From contig CALRHG010000003.1 of the NCBI GenBank assembly GCA_943359365.1, forward strand, positions 1 through 41,773: DNA of 41,773 nt, given 5' to 3'. The translations under genes were made by a program, and so were the position numbers. Position 1 is the stretch's first letter. Each line of letters starts with the position of its first letter. Under the pieces are notes generated by a model. The model saw nothing but the letters and a program-made list of their open reading frames with translations, did not search any database and was not told the origin of the DNA. The stretch is from Candidatus Nomurabacteria bacterium (lineage in GTDB: Bacteria; Patescibacteriota; Minisyncoccia; Phycocordibacterales; UBA9973). Positions 21,650 to 31,576 of this stretch are shown piece after piece.

Positions 21650-22435
21650 CTAAAAGCTGGATGGAAAAATATTCAGCTCGCAAATAAATGCCAAAAACGC
21701 GCCCAAAACCAGAAACGGCGCGAAGGGAATTTCGCTTTTCATTCCTAATTTTCCCTTCTTCCTGATTTTAGACAACATGATCAAAAATATCCCGACTATT
21801 GCTCCGGACCAAAAAGCGAGCACCAAGCCGGAGAACGCAAAAGGCAGGCCGAGCAGCCAGCCCAAGCCGAGAGCGAGCTTGGCGTCCCCGAGGCCCATCC
21901 ACCTGCCTCCGGACACGAGCCAGAACAAAGCAAAGGGCAAGGCGATGAATATACCCGATAAAAAATTAAATATGTCGGGAGTATGAAAGAAAAATAAACC
22001 GATAAACGCGAGAGCGCCAAAAATAAAAACCAGCGTATCCGGAATTATTTTATGCTTTAAATCATAAACTGCGATAACTAAAAGGATGGAAAACATGACA
22101 GCATAATAATCATACGCAATAAAAAATCCGTATGTATCAATAAAAAATAAGTCTTGGAATTTTAGAAACAATGCCGCAAAAACTAGACCGGAGATAAATT
22201 CAACTATAGGATACTGGATAGAGATTTTTGTTTTACAAGTTCTGCATCTACCTTTTAATGTCAGAAAACTAAAAAGCGGAATAAGCTCGTACCATTGCAG
22301 CTGATTTTGGCAGGACATGCACGCGCTCCTGCCCCCAAAAGATTTATTCGTATTGAGCCGGTAAATTACAACATTCAAGAAACTGCCAATAATGGCGCCA
22401 AATAGAAAAAAGATAATTGTAAGCAGTAATACCAC
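21650..22435 (-). CDS. pilD: Prepilin peptidase (A24)
   Basis: GSFLNVVIYR, RSACMSC, GRCRTC, YDLKH, MGLGDAKL, IPFAPFL. Confidence 0.93.
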   Translation of the reverse strand: MVLLLTIIFFLFGAIIGSFLNVVIYRLNTNKSFGGRSACMSCQNQLQWYELIPLFSFLTLKGRCRTCKTKISIQYPIVEFISGLVFAALFLKFQDLFFIDTYGFFIAYDYYAVMFSILLVIAVYDLKHKIIPDTLVFIFGALAFIGLFFFHTPDIFNFLSGIFIALPFALFWLVSGGRWMGLGDAKLALGLGWLLGLPFAFSGLVLAFWSGAIVGIFLIMLSKIRKKGKLGMKSEIPFAPFLVLGAFLAFICELNIFPSSF

Positions 22436-22476
22436 AACCTAATTGTATCATAACCCTCAAAAAATCCGAACGATGA

Positions 22477-22989
22477 TTATGGACAAGAGAAGGCAAGGTT
22501 CCCAAGAGAGATTGATTCTTTTGCCGCTCCGGTAGAGTCTACACACCAGCCAGAGCTAGGAGTCGTCGGAGATTTTAAAGATGTGATAGCCGCCCAGGCT
22601 GTTGCATTCGCATGACAAACTGAATAGAAATTAGAAGTGCCTGAAGCATTATAAACCCATGCATTGTTTTGAGTAAAACCGTAACCGGCGCCAGCGACAA
22701 CAGCAGGATTGAGTCTCTGAGCAGCGTTCATTATAATATCCAGAACCCCGCCACCAACAGTATCAGTAGCACACATACCCTGATAAGTATTTGTTGGTAC
22801 CTGATCCTCGTAAAACAAAGCGGCTTGAGGACGCATATTGCCCATCGCAGCCTTGATAGCCGCATCGATAGCTTTGTCTCTGGCTGTGCTAAGGGACGCC
22901 AAGACGACAGAAGCCAAGATACCGATGATAGCAATCACCACTAAAAGTTCGATAAGAGTGAAACCTTTCTTTGAATTAATTTTCTTCAT
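22477..22989 (-). CDS. Type IV pilin
   Basis: G|FTLIELLVVIAIIGILASVV; C-terminal WCVDSTG. Confidence 0.9.
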   Translation of the reverse strand: MKKINSKKGFTLIELLVVIAIIGILASVVLASLSTARDKAIDAAIKAAMGNMRPQAALFYEDQVPTNTYQGMCATDTVGGGVLDIIMNAAQRLNPAVVAGAGYGFTQNNAWVYNASGTSNFYSVCHANATAWAAITSLKSPTTPSSGWCVDSTGAAKESISLGNLAFSCP

Positions 22990-23016
22990 GAATCCTTATT
23001 TATTTTTATACCCTAA

Positions 23017-23538
23017 CTAGCTAGCTGCACAAACACCGCTTGCAACTTTTGCGTCAAGAGTAGCCTGTACTTGATCTGCAACCGCAACTTCTCTTGCTGC
23101 ACCAGTACTATCGACACACCATGCCTTCAAAGGAGTTTTGAGGTGAACAGCGACTGCCCAGGCAGTACCGGCGACAAGACCGTTACAGCTTGTCAATCCG
23201 CCACTTGCGGTCTTAGCAGCAGCAACTTGGGCAACAATAGCTGCAAGCGTAAATATATTTGTCGATGCAGCCGCCGTAGGACAAGCGCCGGAAACAGCTG
23301 CAGGAAGAGAGGCGGTGCATGTACCGCCTGCGGCGTAACATCCTCCTTGAGTATCGTATTGCAATTCAGCATTTACCCTCACTCCCGCTAAGTTTGCTTT
23401 CACGGCGGCATCAGCACCTTTGGAACGCGCAGTGTTAAGCGAAGCAAGCACGACAGAAGCCAAGATACCGATGATAGCAACCACAACCAAGAGTTCGATT
23501 AATGTAAAACCCGACTTAAACTTTTTGCTGAAATTCAT
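23017..23538 (-). CDS. Type IV pilin
   Basis: G|FTLIELLVVVAIIGILASVV; WCVDSTG. Confidence 0.9.
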   Translation of the reverse strand: MNFSKKFKSGFTLIELLVVVAIIGILASVVLASLNTARSKGADAAVKANLAGVRVNAELQYDTQGGCYAAGGTCTASLPAAVSGACPTAAASTNIFTLAAIVAQVAAAKTASGGLTSCNGLVAGTAWAVAVHLKTPLKAWCVDSTGAAREVAVADQVQATLDAKVASGVCAAS

Positions 23539-23596
23539 CTTTTATAAGAATTTATTATATTAATAATTAAGACTTGATTCTCGTATCTGTGGGACA

Positions 23597-23965
23597 TTAA
23601 CAGCCAGTTCCAGAGAACGCAATCGAAGAGTCAGTAACAGTGGCGCTAGTGCAGCTTCCTCCTTTTCCGGCAGTAGGAGTGATGGTAGCAGTACCTCCTC
23701 CTGAACCGTCACAAGTATTGTTGGCAACAGTACCAAAAGTAGAACCTATAAGACCTGTTATAGCAGTAGATGCAGCTTTACCATCACAAAAAAGGGTTAT
23801 ACTCGTGCGCACTTGAGTCATCTCAGCTTTAAAGGCGGCAGTCTGCCCCTTTGTTCTAGCAGTGTTAAGTGAAGCAAGCACGACAGAAGCCAAGATACCA
23901 ATGATAGCCACCACCACCAAGAGTTCGATAAGCGTAAAACCTTTTTTGAAATTAATTTTTTTCAT
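23597..23965 (-). CDS. Type IV pilin (candidate major pilin, promoter-proximal)
   Basis: G|FTLIELLVVVAIIGILASVV; four Cys; own extended -10 at 24014-24022 and an AU-rich leader. Confidence 0.9.
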   Translation of the reverse strand: MKKINFKKGFTLIELLVVVAIIGILASVVLASLNTARTKGQTAAFKAEMTQVRTSITLFCDGKAASTAITGLIGSTFGTVANNTCDGSGGGTATITPTAGKGGSCTSATVTDSSIAFSGTGC

Positions 23966-24013
23966 AATTTGTACTTTACTTTATAATTTTTCCGACTAAA
24001 TTTTAATGCTTGA

Positions 24014-24048
24014 ATTATATCATAGTACAGGCAAGAGAGTTATCCACA
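24014..24048 (-). promoter_or_regulatory. Pilin promoter (TG-A-TATAAT) with consensus DnaA box TTATCCACA at 24040-24048
   Basis: Direct motif matches in the pilC-pilin spacer. Confidence 0.6.
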
Positions 24049-24057
24049 GGGTAGGGT

Positions 24058-25266
24058 TTAGCTTATCCCTCCCGCCAGATTGTAAATAGGCATCAGCACC
24101 GACACCAGCAGTATCCCCACTCCCAGACCCAGAACCACGATCATGACCGGCTCGATCAATCCGACCAGGGTATCAATCGCATCATCCACTTCACGCCGAT
24201 AGAAATCGGTTAAAGTTTTCAAAATAGTGCCTATGGAGCCAGTTTCCTCGCCCACTAAAACCATTTGTACCAAAATCCCCGGGATTTCGACTTTGTGTTT
24301 GGAAAAGGCGACAGAGAGCGCCAGGCCGGACTTTACTCCGTCAGCCACGGACATCAAAACTTCTTTGTACACGCGGCTGCCGACCACATCAGCCGTAATA
24401 TCTATCGCTCGAACGATCGGCACGCCGGAAGAAAGCATGGTATTTAAGTTGTCGGTGATTCTGGAAAGATAGAGTTTTTTGTAAAGGTTCCCGATAGCCG
24501 GCAGAGAGAGCTTCATGGAATCAAGATATATCTTCCCTCTTTCCGTGGAAGCCAGACGCCAGAGCCAGATACCGAGAAGAACCATAAAAATCACCATGAT
24601 GAAGCCATAGTTAACAAAAATATTGGAAATGGTGATAACGACTGTAGTATAGAAAGGCACATCCTGCCCGGAGTCGAGAATAATACTGGAGAGTTTTGGA
24701 ATAACCACGACAAACATCAAACTCATCACCACAATAAAAGTTATGACCACGAACACCGGGTAGATAAGCGCATTCCTGGTTTTAGACGTGAGAGAATACT
24801 GCCGATCCAGATATTCGGCCAGATAGAGAAATGTCTGGTTGAGTTTTCCGGTTTCCTCGCCCACCTTGACCATGTTTATATAAAAACTGGAAAATATATC
24901 CGGGTGCTTGGCAAGCGCGCCGGAAATAGAAAGTCCCGCCTGCAAGTCGTCTCCGATAGCGGTCAGCTTCTTGCCCAAAAGTGGATTTTCGGTATTACCC
25001 GCGAGTATAGTAAAGGCTTTGAGCGCGGAGATTTGCGATTCAAACAACGTCGCTATCTGGCGCGAAAGAATGACGATATCTTTATTTTTAACCTTTTCAA
25101 AAAAAGAAACCTCGAAACTAGACTTTTTTTCTGTTTCGTCTTTGATGGAAATAATCACCAACCCGCGCCTCTGCAGACCGCTGATGGCTATGTCGCGGTT
25201 GGGCGCATCAATCTCGCCCTCTTTGTTGACTCCTTCATCATCTATGGCTTTGTATTTGAATAGCAT
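24058..25266 (-). CDS. pilC: Type IV pilus platform protein PilC (T2SSF family)
   Basis: SRQIATL, GEETGKL, ALIYP, second GEETG, LIEP, PIY. Confidence 0.92.
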   Translation of the reverse strand: MLFKYKAIDDEGVNKEGEIDAPNRDIAISGLQRRGLVIISIKDETEKKSSFEVSFFEKVKNKDIVILSRQIATLFESQISALKAFTILAGNTENPLLGKKLTAIGDDLQAGLSISGALAKHPDIFSSFYINMVKVGEETGKLNQTFLYLAEYLDRQYSLTSKTRNALIYPVFVVITFIVVMSLMFVVVIPKLSSIILDSGQDVPFYTTVVITISNIFVNYGFIMVIFMVLLGIWLWRLASTERGKIYLDSMKLSLPAIGNLYKKLYLSRITDNLNTMLSSGVPIVRAIDITADVVGSRVYKEVLMSVADGVKSGLALSVAFSKHKVEIPGILVQMVLVGEETGSIGTILKTLTDFYRREVDDAIDTLVGLIEPVMIVVLGLGVGILLVSVLMPIYNLAGGIS

Positions 25267-25270
25267 ATGA

Positions 25271-26329
25271 TTACATCATGCGTTCGAGACCCTTAGGGTT
25301 TAAAGAATACTGATGGGCATTTTCTATGGAAATCTCTCCCGCGCGGACGAGCTCCATCAGCGAGTGGTTCAAATCTATCATGCCGGACTCCATACCCGTT
25401 TCTATGACGACATCTATTTCATGGGTGCGCTTCTCGCGGATCAAATTTGATACTGCGTTATTGTTGAGCAGAAGCTCATACGCGGGCACCAGCCCGCCGG
25501 TAATCCTCGGGATCAGCCTCTGAGAGAAAATTCCCAGAAGCGAAGCCGCCAGCTGGGTGCGGATCTGATCCTGCTGGTTTCCGGGAAAAGAGTCGATAAT
25601 TCTGTCTATAGTCTGAGAGGCATTGTTCGTATGTAAGGTAGAAAGCACCAAATGCCCCGTCTCAGCGGCAGTCACCGCGGTGGCAATCGTCTCGGGATTA
25701 CGCATTTCCCCGATCATGATGACATTCACATCTTCGCGAAAGACGGATTTGAGCGCGATGTGAAAATCCTTCGTATCAATGCCGACTTCGCGCTGGTTGA
25801 TCATAGATTTATTGGGAACATATACGTGTTCGATCGGATCTTCGATAGTTACGATGTTAGCGGCCTGTTCGTTGTTGATGAGATCAACCATGGCGGAGAG
25901 AGTGGTAGACTTTCCCTGCCCCACAGGACCCACCACCAAAAAAAATCCCTGCTTCTTGCGAGACAAATCAGCCAGAATAGCCGGCAGATGCAGCTCCGGA
26001 AGAGTTTTAACTTTTGGCACCAACCGAAAAACTATGCAGATCAGCCCTTTTTGAAAAAAAGCGTTTCCGCGCAATCTCGCCTCCCCGCGAAAATCATAAG
26101 AAAAGTCTGCCTCCTGATTTTCCAAAAATGCATCGATTTTCGCTTTTGCTAATATTTGTCCCAAAATTCCAAGCATGTCTTCTTGGGTAAAAACCGGATG
26201 CTTCACTAGGAATATCAGCTCGCCGGCGACACGAATAGCCGGCACGCGGCTGGTACCCATATGTAAATCCGATCCGCCCTCGCGGATGACAGTCAAAATA
26301 AGTTCTTCAAGTTTGGCTTTGTAATCCAT
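25271..26329 (-). CDS. pilT: PilT/PilU retraction ATPase
   Basis: SDLH, GPVGQGKSTT, TIEDPIE, QREVG.DT, GEMR, AAETGHLV.STLHT, AVSNLIRE. Confidence 0.92.
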   Translation of the reverse strand: MDYKAKLEELILTVIREGGSDLHMGTSRVPAIRVAGELIFLVKHPVFTQEDMLGILGQILAKAKIDAFLENQEADFSYDFRGEARLRGNAFFQKGLICIVFRLVPKVKTLPELHLPAILADLSRKKQGFFLVVGPVGQGKSTTLSAMVDLINNEQAANIVTIEDPIEHVYVPNKSMINQREVGIDTKDFHIALKSVFREDVNVIMIGEMRNPETIATAVTAAETGHLVLSTLHTNNASQTIDRIIDSFPGNQQDQIRTQLAASLLGIFSQRLIPRITGGLVPAYELLLNNNAVSNLIREKRTHEIDVVIETGMESGMIDLNHSLMELVRAGEISIENAHQYSLNPKGLERMM

Positions 26330-26734
26330 TTATTTCATTGGAACTGGGTTTTTCTTGCCTAAAATTTCCACCACCTGATTGATAACTTCCACCGGGGTAG
26401 AATTCGCCTTTACGATATAGCCCGCCACTCCGAGCTGGTTGCCTTGATCAATGTCAGACTGCTGGCTTTTGTTGGATAAAACTATTTTCAGGCAATTCGG
26501 GCACAATTTTTCCGTATTTATTTTTGCCAGCATTTCAAAACCGTCCATTTCCGGCATGATTATATCCATGAGCATGACCTCGGGAGCGAGTCCGCCTTTT
26601 AGTTTTTCTATCGCCTCGGCTCCGCCGCCCGCCGTATGAACTTCGAAATTATTCTGGCTGAATTTGAGCGCATACATATCCAAAAGAAAACTGTCGTCGT
26701 CGACTATTAAAATTTTTCTCTTTTCGCCTTCCAT
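26330..26734 (-). CDS. Single-domain response regulator (receiver only)
   Basis: ILIVDDD, LMDIIMPEMDG, LSN, YIVK; no output domain. Confidence 0.9.
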   Translation of the reverse strand: MEGEKRKILIVDDDSFLLDMYALKFSQNNFEVHTAGGGAEAIEKLKGGLAPEVMLMDIIMPEMDGFEMLAKINTEKLCPNCLKIVLSNKSQQSDIDQGNQLGVAGYIVKANSTPVEVINQVVEILGKKNPVPMK

Positions 26735-26769
26735 AAATTTCTGGTTACCTTACTAACAACTGCTGATTA

Positions 26770-26812
26770 ATTATACTACATAATAACTTTTAATTGAATA
26801 GGCTGTGTATAA
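26770..26812 (-). promoter_or_regulatory. Promoter of the receiver-pilT-pilC unit with upstream DnaA box
   Basis: TATAAT at 26775-26770; TTATACACA at 26812-26804. Confidence 0.55.
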
Positions 26813-26832
26813 CTTTGCTATTTTATCAGTTT

Positions 26833-27375
26833 TCAATAATTCTTGTAGTAATCCGATATTCGGTAAAACACAGAACCATTGAGGTCCGTTGTCCAGGTAA
26901 TCTTGCCGCAGTCCAAGTTTTCATCTCCGTCAAAAATTTTGCTTAAAGCGCGACCGATTGTATCCGGAACGCCTCGAGCATGAATATTTACCCCGCGATA
27001 GACAGTTCCTCCGTCCCCGCAAACAACTTGGTCAAGATCGTTATCAAACCCATAGACAGTTCCCCCGGGAGGTTTGGGGGCGGAAGGCAGAAATTTTCCC
27101 AGACGAGCGGGGTTCGTCACCAGCATGTCAATGTCGGGGTTACCGCCTACCCCGAAGTCCGTTTCGGGCCACCATTCGGAGATGTTTTCCTCATCCGCGA
27201 GTAGCAGAAAAGCCTTTTCCATCTCCTTAAAGTCAGCGGCAATTTTTGCAGTTTTGACTTTTTCCCGGGCGCTGTTCAAAGAAGCCATTACCACAGAAGC
27301 CAAAAGGCTGATGATAGCGACGACGACTAGAAGTTCTATGAGAGTGAATCCTCGCCTTGATTTATGATCAAACAT
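26833..27375 (-). CDS. Type IV pilin / GspG-like pseudopilin
   Basis: G|FTLIELLVVVAIISLLASVV; TATAAT 6 nt before ATG. Confidence 0.87.
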   Translation of the reverse strand: MFDHKSRRGFTLIELLVVVAIISLLASVVMASLNSAREKVKTAKIAADFKEMEKAFLLLADEENISEWWPETDFGVGGNPDIDMLVTNPARLGKFLPSAPKPPGGTVYGFDNDLDQVVCGDGGTVYRGVNIHARGVPDTIGRALSKIFDGDENLDCGKITWTTDLNGSVFYRISDYYKNY

Positions 27376-27407
27376 AAAGTAATTATACTATATCGTAGAC
27401 TTACAAA

Positions 27408-27424
27408 CAGAGCCTTAGACTCTG
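27408..27424 (+). repeat. REP-like palindrome copy 1, CAGAGCCTTAGACTCTG (overlaps transposase stop)
   Basis: Identical to 27895-27911; reverse complement of 28114-28130. Confidence 0.85.
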
Positions 27425-28089
27425 TCTGGAAGGATATCTTCTTCCGTAAGAGAAGTTTTTCCTCTTTCTTCTCTGATAATTGAAATAATTTCATCACAGT
27501 GTTTTTTAAAATTCTTACTACCGCCAAAAATTTCTAAGATTCTTCCCCCTTCTTCTTTTGACACAACTTTAAAATTATTATTCTCATATTCACAGTCACT
27601 GGCGAAAATAAGATGCATTTTATTTTTTGGAATATCATGAACACCATAATTTTTATTCGCATACCCAAGAATTTTGTTAAAATAACCTTCATTATTTAAA
27701 TGATGCGATTTGAAAGGCCCTTGAAAAAGCGACCCTGAACGCTCATTTTTTACATTAAAGTAATAAGTGTACCCGCCTTGCAGTTTTTGCATAAATTTAG
27801 CTATCCCACCATCCACTAATTGTTTCAACAAGAAATGAAAATGATTTGGGTTTAAGCAAAGAGCAACAATAGCGACCAATGGATCTTTGGAAAACAGAGC
27901 CTTAGACTCTGATTTTAGTTGAGAATTTCTAAAATCTCTTATGCTTCCTACTCCCTCCATTTGGTTAAAATCGCTGATACTTTCAATAAAACGATCTACG
28001 TCTTTTTTATCGTTAAAAATATCCCGCTTATCTACTCCGCGATTGTAGATATGATAATATTCCCCTGTTATAATTGGCTGTTTTCTCAT
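27415..28089 (-). mobile_element. Y1 (IS200-like / REP-associated) HUH tyrosine transposase
   Basis: YYHIYNRGVDKRDIF, CLNPNHFHFLLKQ (HUH), YT.YFN...RSGSLFQGPFKS. Confidence 0.88.
27895..27911 (+). repeat. REP-like palindrome copy 2, in frame inside the transposase
   Basis: CAGAGCCTTAGACTCTG, read as SESKAL. Confidence 0.85.
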
Positions 28090-28113
28090 ACGATAAGTAT
28101 AACATATTCCGAA

Positions 28114-28130
28114 CAGAGTCTAAGGCTCTG
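28114..28130 (-). repeat. REP-like palindrome copy 3 (inverted), upstream of the transposase
   Basis: CAGAGTCTAAGGCTCTG on the + strand. Confidence 0.85.
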
Positions 28131-28136
28131 TAAATT

Positions 28137-29876
28137 TTACTCATTCTCGTTGCTGAAATTGTAGACTTCGGCCCAGGGGATAGCGCCTTGCAAAGATTTG
28201 AGCATCGCGTCTTCGCGCATCATCAGCATTCCCTTCTTGCGGGCTACCTTATAAATATCGCCGTTAGTCGGGCTTTTCAAGATCACATTCTGCATTTCTT
28301 TGTCTATTTTAAACATTTCAAAAATAGCGACACGGCCGCGGGTGCCGGAAGGACAATCGCTCGAAGGAACCGTCTCGTACATTTCTCCCTTGACTCCGAT
28401 TTCTTTTTTAAATTCTTCGGGCAAATCTTTGGTCTGCTCTTCGATCTGCATTTTTATGCTCTCGTCCATCGGAACAAGTTTTTTGGAAGAAGAGCAAGTC
28501 ATTCGAGCCAGACGCTGAGCGATAGACAAAATAAGCGTCGGCGCGATCAAATACGGATCAACTCCCATGTCTACCAGTCGGGGTACGGCGCCGATGGCAT
28601 TGTTTGTGTGAAGCGTCGAGAGGACGAGGTGCCCGGTCAAAGCCGCCTGAATAGCCAGCTGGGCTGTTTCCTTGTCGCGGATTTCTCCGACCATGATTAT
28701 ATCCGGGTCTTGGCGGAGAATGGAACGCAGTCCGGAAGCGAAAGTGTAGCCGATTTCCGGCATCATCTGCGACTGGTTTATGTCCGGCATGTGGTATTCC
28801 ACCGGATCTTCCAGCGATATGATGTTGCTTTTTTCTTTATCGAGCTCATTCATCATCGAATATAAAGTGGTGGATTTTCCGGATCCGGTCGGGCCGGTAA
28901 TCAAAATAAGCCCGTAAGGCTTCTTCAGGGCTTCCCGCACGAGGCCGAGATTGATCTCAGAAAGTCCGAGCTGATCCAAAGGCTTGACTCCTTTTTCAGA
29001 ATCAAGTATTCGCATCACGACTTTCTCCCCGTAATACGCCGGCATGGTAGAGACGCGAAAATCAATTTTGCGCCCGTCAATATTTGCGCTGAAACTTCCG
29101 TCCTGCGGTTTTCTTTTTTCATCGAGCCTGAGCTTGGCTAAAATTTTTATGCGCGCCACTATTCCGCTGTAAATATTCGGCGGCAAAACTATGGTGGTAT
29201 GGAGCGTCCCGTCCACGCGAAAGCGCACTTTTACTTTTTCTCCGCCAAATTCGATATGGATGTCTGAAGCGTTGCCTTCGATGGCATTGCGCAGTATTAC
29301 GGCGACTATTTTTATGACCGGCGCGTCTTCGACTATTTTTCCTTCCTCGCCTGATTTTATATTTTTAATCTCCTTGGTTAAATTTTCCTCATTCAGAGTT
29401 TTTACCTCGTCTTCTTTAATTTCAGAGAGTGCTTCTTCCACCTGAGTTCCAAGACCCTTGTAAGCCTGCATGACCCTATCGTAATCACTTTTAGAAATCA
29501 GATATATTTTGAAAGGAATCCCGAGCTTGGCGGAAATAAATTGGAGCGCGTCCATGGTCTCGACATTTTCGCCGTCCGTGACGCCCACTTCGAGCACGTT
29601 ATCCGCAAGTTTGATCGGAGCAAAACGATAATGCGCGGCGGAGTCTTCGGAAATATATTTCAGGGCATCAAAAGAAGGCTCCTCCATGGAAAGCTTTTTG
29701 ACCGGCATTTGCAGATACTCCCCCTTAGCTTTGAGGATTTTATCCTCTGCCACTCCGGACTCGATCAGAGCCTCATCTAAATTCCCATTGTATTTTTCTT
29801 GCGCGCGGTTTTTGATCTCGCCTACTTGGCTCCTCTCGATTGCTCCTTCTTTAATTAACTCTTCTAAAAAACTCAT
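28137..29876 (-). CDS. pilB: Type IV pilus assembly ATPase PilB (GspE family)
   Basis: ASDIHIE, RFRVDG, PQDG, GPTGSGKSTT, LEDPVEY, LRQDPDIIMVGEIRD, TGHLVLSTLHTN. Confidence 0.93.
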   Translation of the reverse strand: MSFLEELIKEGAIERSQVGEIKNRAQEKYNGNLDEALIESGVAEDKILKAKGEYLQMPVKKLSMEEPSFDALKYISEDSAAHYRFAPIKLADNVLEVGVTDGENVETMDALQFISAKLGIPFKIYLISKSDYDRVMQAYKGLGTQVEEALSEIKEDEVKTLNEENLTKEIKNIKSGEEGKIVEDAPVIKIVAVILRNAIEGNASDIHIEFGGEKVKVRFRVDGTLHTTIVLPPNIYSGIVARIKILAKLRLDEKRKPQDGSFSANIDGRKIDFRVSTMPAYYGEKVVMRILDSEKGVKPLDQLGLSEINLGLVREALKKPYGLILITGPTGSGKSTTLYSMMNELDKEKSNIISLEDPVEYHMPDINQSQMMPEIGYTFASGLRSILRQDPDIIMVGEIRDKETAQLAIQAALTGHLVLSTLHTNNAIGAVPRLVDMGVDPYLIAPTLILSIAQRLARMTCSSSKKLVPMDESIKMQIEEQTKDLPEEFKKEIGVKGEMYETVPSSDCPSGTRGRVAIFEMFKIDKEMQNVILKSPTNGDIYKVARKKGMLMMREDAMLKSLQGAIPWAEVYNFSNENE

Positions 29877-29883
29877 AGTTGAA

Positions 29884-30291
29884 TTAAGGGGTTAAGGGCG
29901 CTCCCGCAGGTCCGCCTGGAGTCAAGGGAAGAGTAGATTCTTCCGATAGGACAATATCGTTTCCAAGCGGAGCAAACGGATTCGGCCTGCCTTCGGTGCC
30001 GTCCGGAGTAAGAGTAATGCTGTGAGAGCCGTCAAGACTCGCAAAAGCAGGTTCAGAAAAAATAGCGTCGTCTAATCTGATATTTTTGACAGACAATAGC
30101 AAAGTCAAAAATTCTTGGGCAACCGCAGAATTATTTTTGGGAGTTGCGGCTGCCGCCCCTGGCACGCCAGGAACTGTCGGAGAAGAAACCAAAGGAGCGG
30201 TAGCGGCAGGCTTTTTTATCACGAAAAAATAAACCAAAACAAGCACTACTCCGATTGCGACGAATATTAATATGTTTCTTAATTTTGGCAT
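29884..30291 (-). CDS. Membrane-anchored pilus-associated hypothetical protein (PilP position)
   Basis: N-terminal TM helix, Pro/Ala linker, GRPNPFAP motif; between pilO-like and pilB. Confidence 0.65.
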   Translation of the reverse strand: MPKLRNILIFVAIGVVLVLVYFFVIKKPAATAPLVSSPTVPGVPGAAAATPKNNSAVAQEFLTLLLSVKNIRLDDAIFSEPAFASLDGSHSITLTPDGTEGRPNPFAPLGNDIVLSEESTLPLTPGGPAGAPLTP

Positions 30292-30292
30292 T

Positions 30293-30958
30293 TTAATTTT
30301 TTAACCAGTAAGTTTTAATTTTAAAATTATATTCATACGACTGCTGCGCATTCGCGCCGGGGCTTCCTGTATTTCCGGTACCGGTACTTGAAGAAAATTG
30401 AATCGAAGCCACGTCGACGATTCGGAGGTTGCTTTCCAAATCCTTGGTGAAATTAAGAAAGTTACTGTAAGTGGCTGTCGTAGAAAACTCCAAATCCCAT
30501 ATTCCGTAGTCTTTGCGCGGACCTTGCGCGGAAGCAGCCGGAGGCGTACCCGCCGGAACCGGAGCGGCATTGGCAGGTTTGGAGGTCGCAGTACCCGTAG
30601 CCGTCGCCGCTCCGCTTGCCGTGCTGTACTTCACATTTTTGAGCGCCATGCCGTAAGGCAATGCTATCTGCTCTATTTCCAGAATCAAGCGTATGTTGTC
30701 AATATTTTCCGGCAGAAGTTTACTGATCTTTTCCAAGTTGGCCGGATCAATAGCATTTTGCTTGACAGTTAATTTATCTCTTTCGACTTCCAAAGATTTG
30801 GAGTTATCCAGAGCTTTATTATAAGACGCCAATTTCTCCTGCAGTGCGACAATCCCGGGAGACGCGAGATCCGGGGAATCATAAATAGGTTTGCCGAACA
30901 TGAAAAAAACGGCAGCGCTGATTCCTATTAAAATAACCGGCATCAAAAATCTCATCAT
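30293..30958 (-). CDS. pilO: PilO-like protein
   Basis: TM helix, coiled coil, LLPE, Y.NF..F..DLESNLRIVDV; start ATG 30958 preferred over 31012. Confidence 0.7.
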   Translation of the reverse strand: MMRFLMPVILIGISAAVFFMFGKPIYDSPDLASPGIVALQEKLASYNKALDNSKSLEVERDKLTVKQNAIDPANLEKISKLLPENIDNIRLILEIEQIALPYGMALKNVKYSTASGAATATGTATSKPANAAPVPAGTPPAASAQGPRKDYGIWDLEFSTTATYSNFLNFTKDLESNLRIVDVASIQFSSSTGTGNTGSPGANAQQSYEYNFKIKTYWLKN

Positions 30959-30962
30959 AAAA

Positions 30963-31568
30963 TTAACTTTCTGTCGCAAGTATCTTCTTATAATTAACAA
31001 AACTCGGATCAACCGTGAATTCTAAATCGAAAAGAACATTGCCCTTGTCATCAAGCGTCAGGTTGGAAAAAACAGGATCGATCAAATTTTTATTTAGAGC
31101 AAAAAGGTCGGACTGAAGAGCCACTGAACGGTAACCGACAGCCGTGCCGCTCATTTTTATAGTTACACTTGTGTTTTTTGCATCTTTGTCAGTTCCGAGA
31201 GTGTAGTCAAATTTGGTGTAGCGGACAGTTTTCATCGTAATCTCGGAAAGCGCCTGAAAAACAGGAGTTACGGCCACATGTTTATCTAAAATTTCAGTCG
31301 ACGCTTTCAATCGCTTGTCGAGAAGCTGCAGCTCTGTTAGTTTAGAAGGCTCAAAGCTATTTTTGGCTAGATTCAGACTATTCTCTTTTTCTAAAATACT
31401 TTTTTTTATGCTCTCCCGATACAAAAAAAGTCCGCCGGTTCCTAGAAGCACAGCCAGCAAAAGAATGAAAGAAATAACAGTAAAAATACTAATGGAGCGG
31501 ACCGGAGTCACGCGTTCTTCCACCATTGGTTTTTTGGGTATAAACGATGTTTGAAAATTCGGCTCCAC
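30963..31568 (-). CDS. PilN-like protein
   Basis: FQTSFIPKK N-terminus, TM helix, coiled coil, SGTA motif; synteny with pilM and pilO. Confidence 0.65.
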   Translation of the reverse strand: MEPNFQTSFIPKKPMVEERVTPVRSISIFTVISFILLLAVLLGTGGLFLYRESIKKSILEKENSLNLAKNSFEPSKLTELQLLDKRLKASTEILDKHVAVTPVFQALSEITMKTVRYTKFDYTLGTDKDAKNTSVTIKMSGTAVGYRSVALQSDLFALNKNLIDPVFSNLTLDDKGNVLFDLEFTVDPSFVNYKKILATES

Positions 31569-31576
31569 TATACACT

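Noticed and set aside
28188-28865. 225-aa plus-strand ORF and similar short antisense ORFs across the window
   Set aside because: Shadows of well-supported opposite-strand genes (here pilB).
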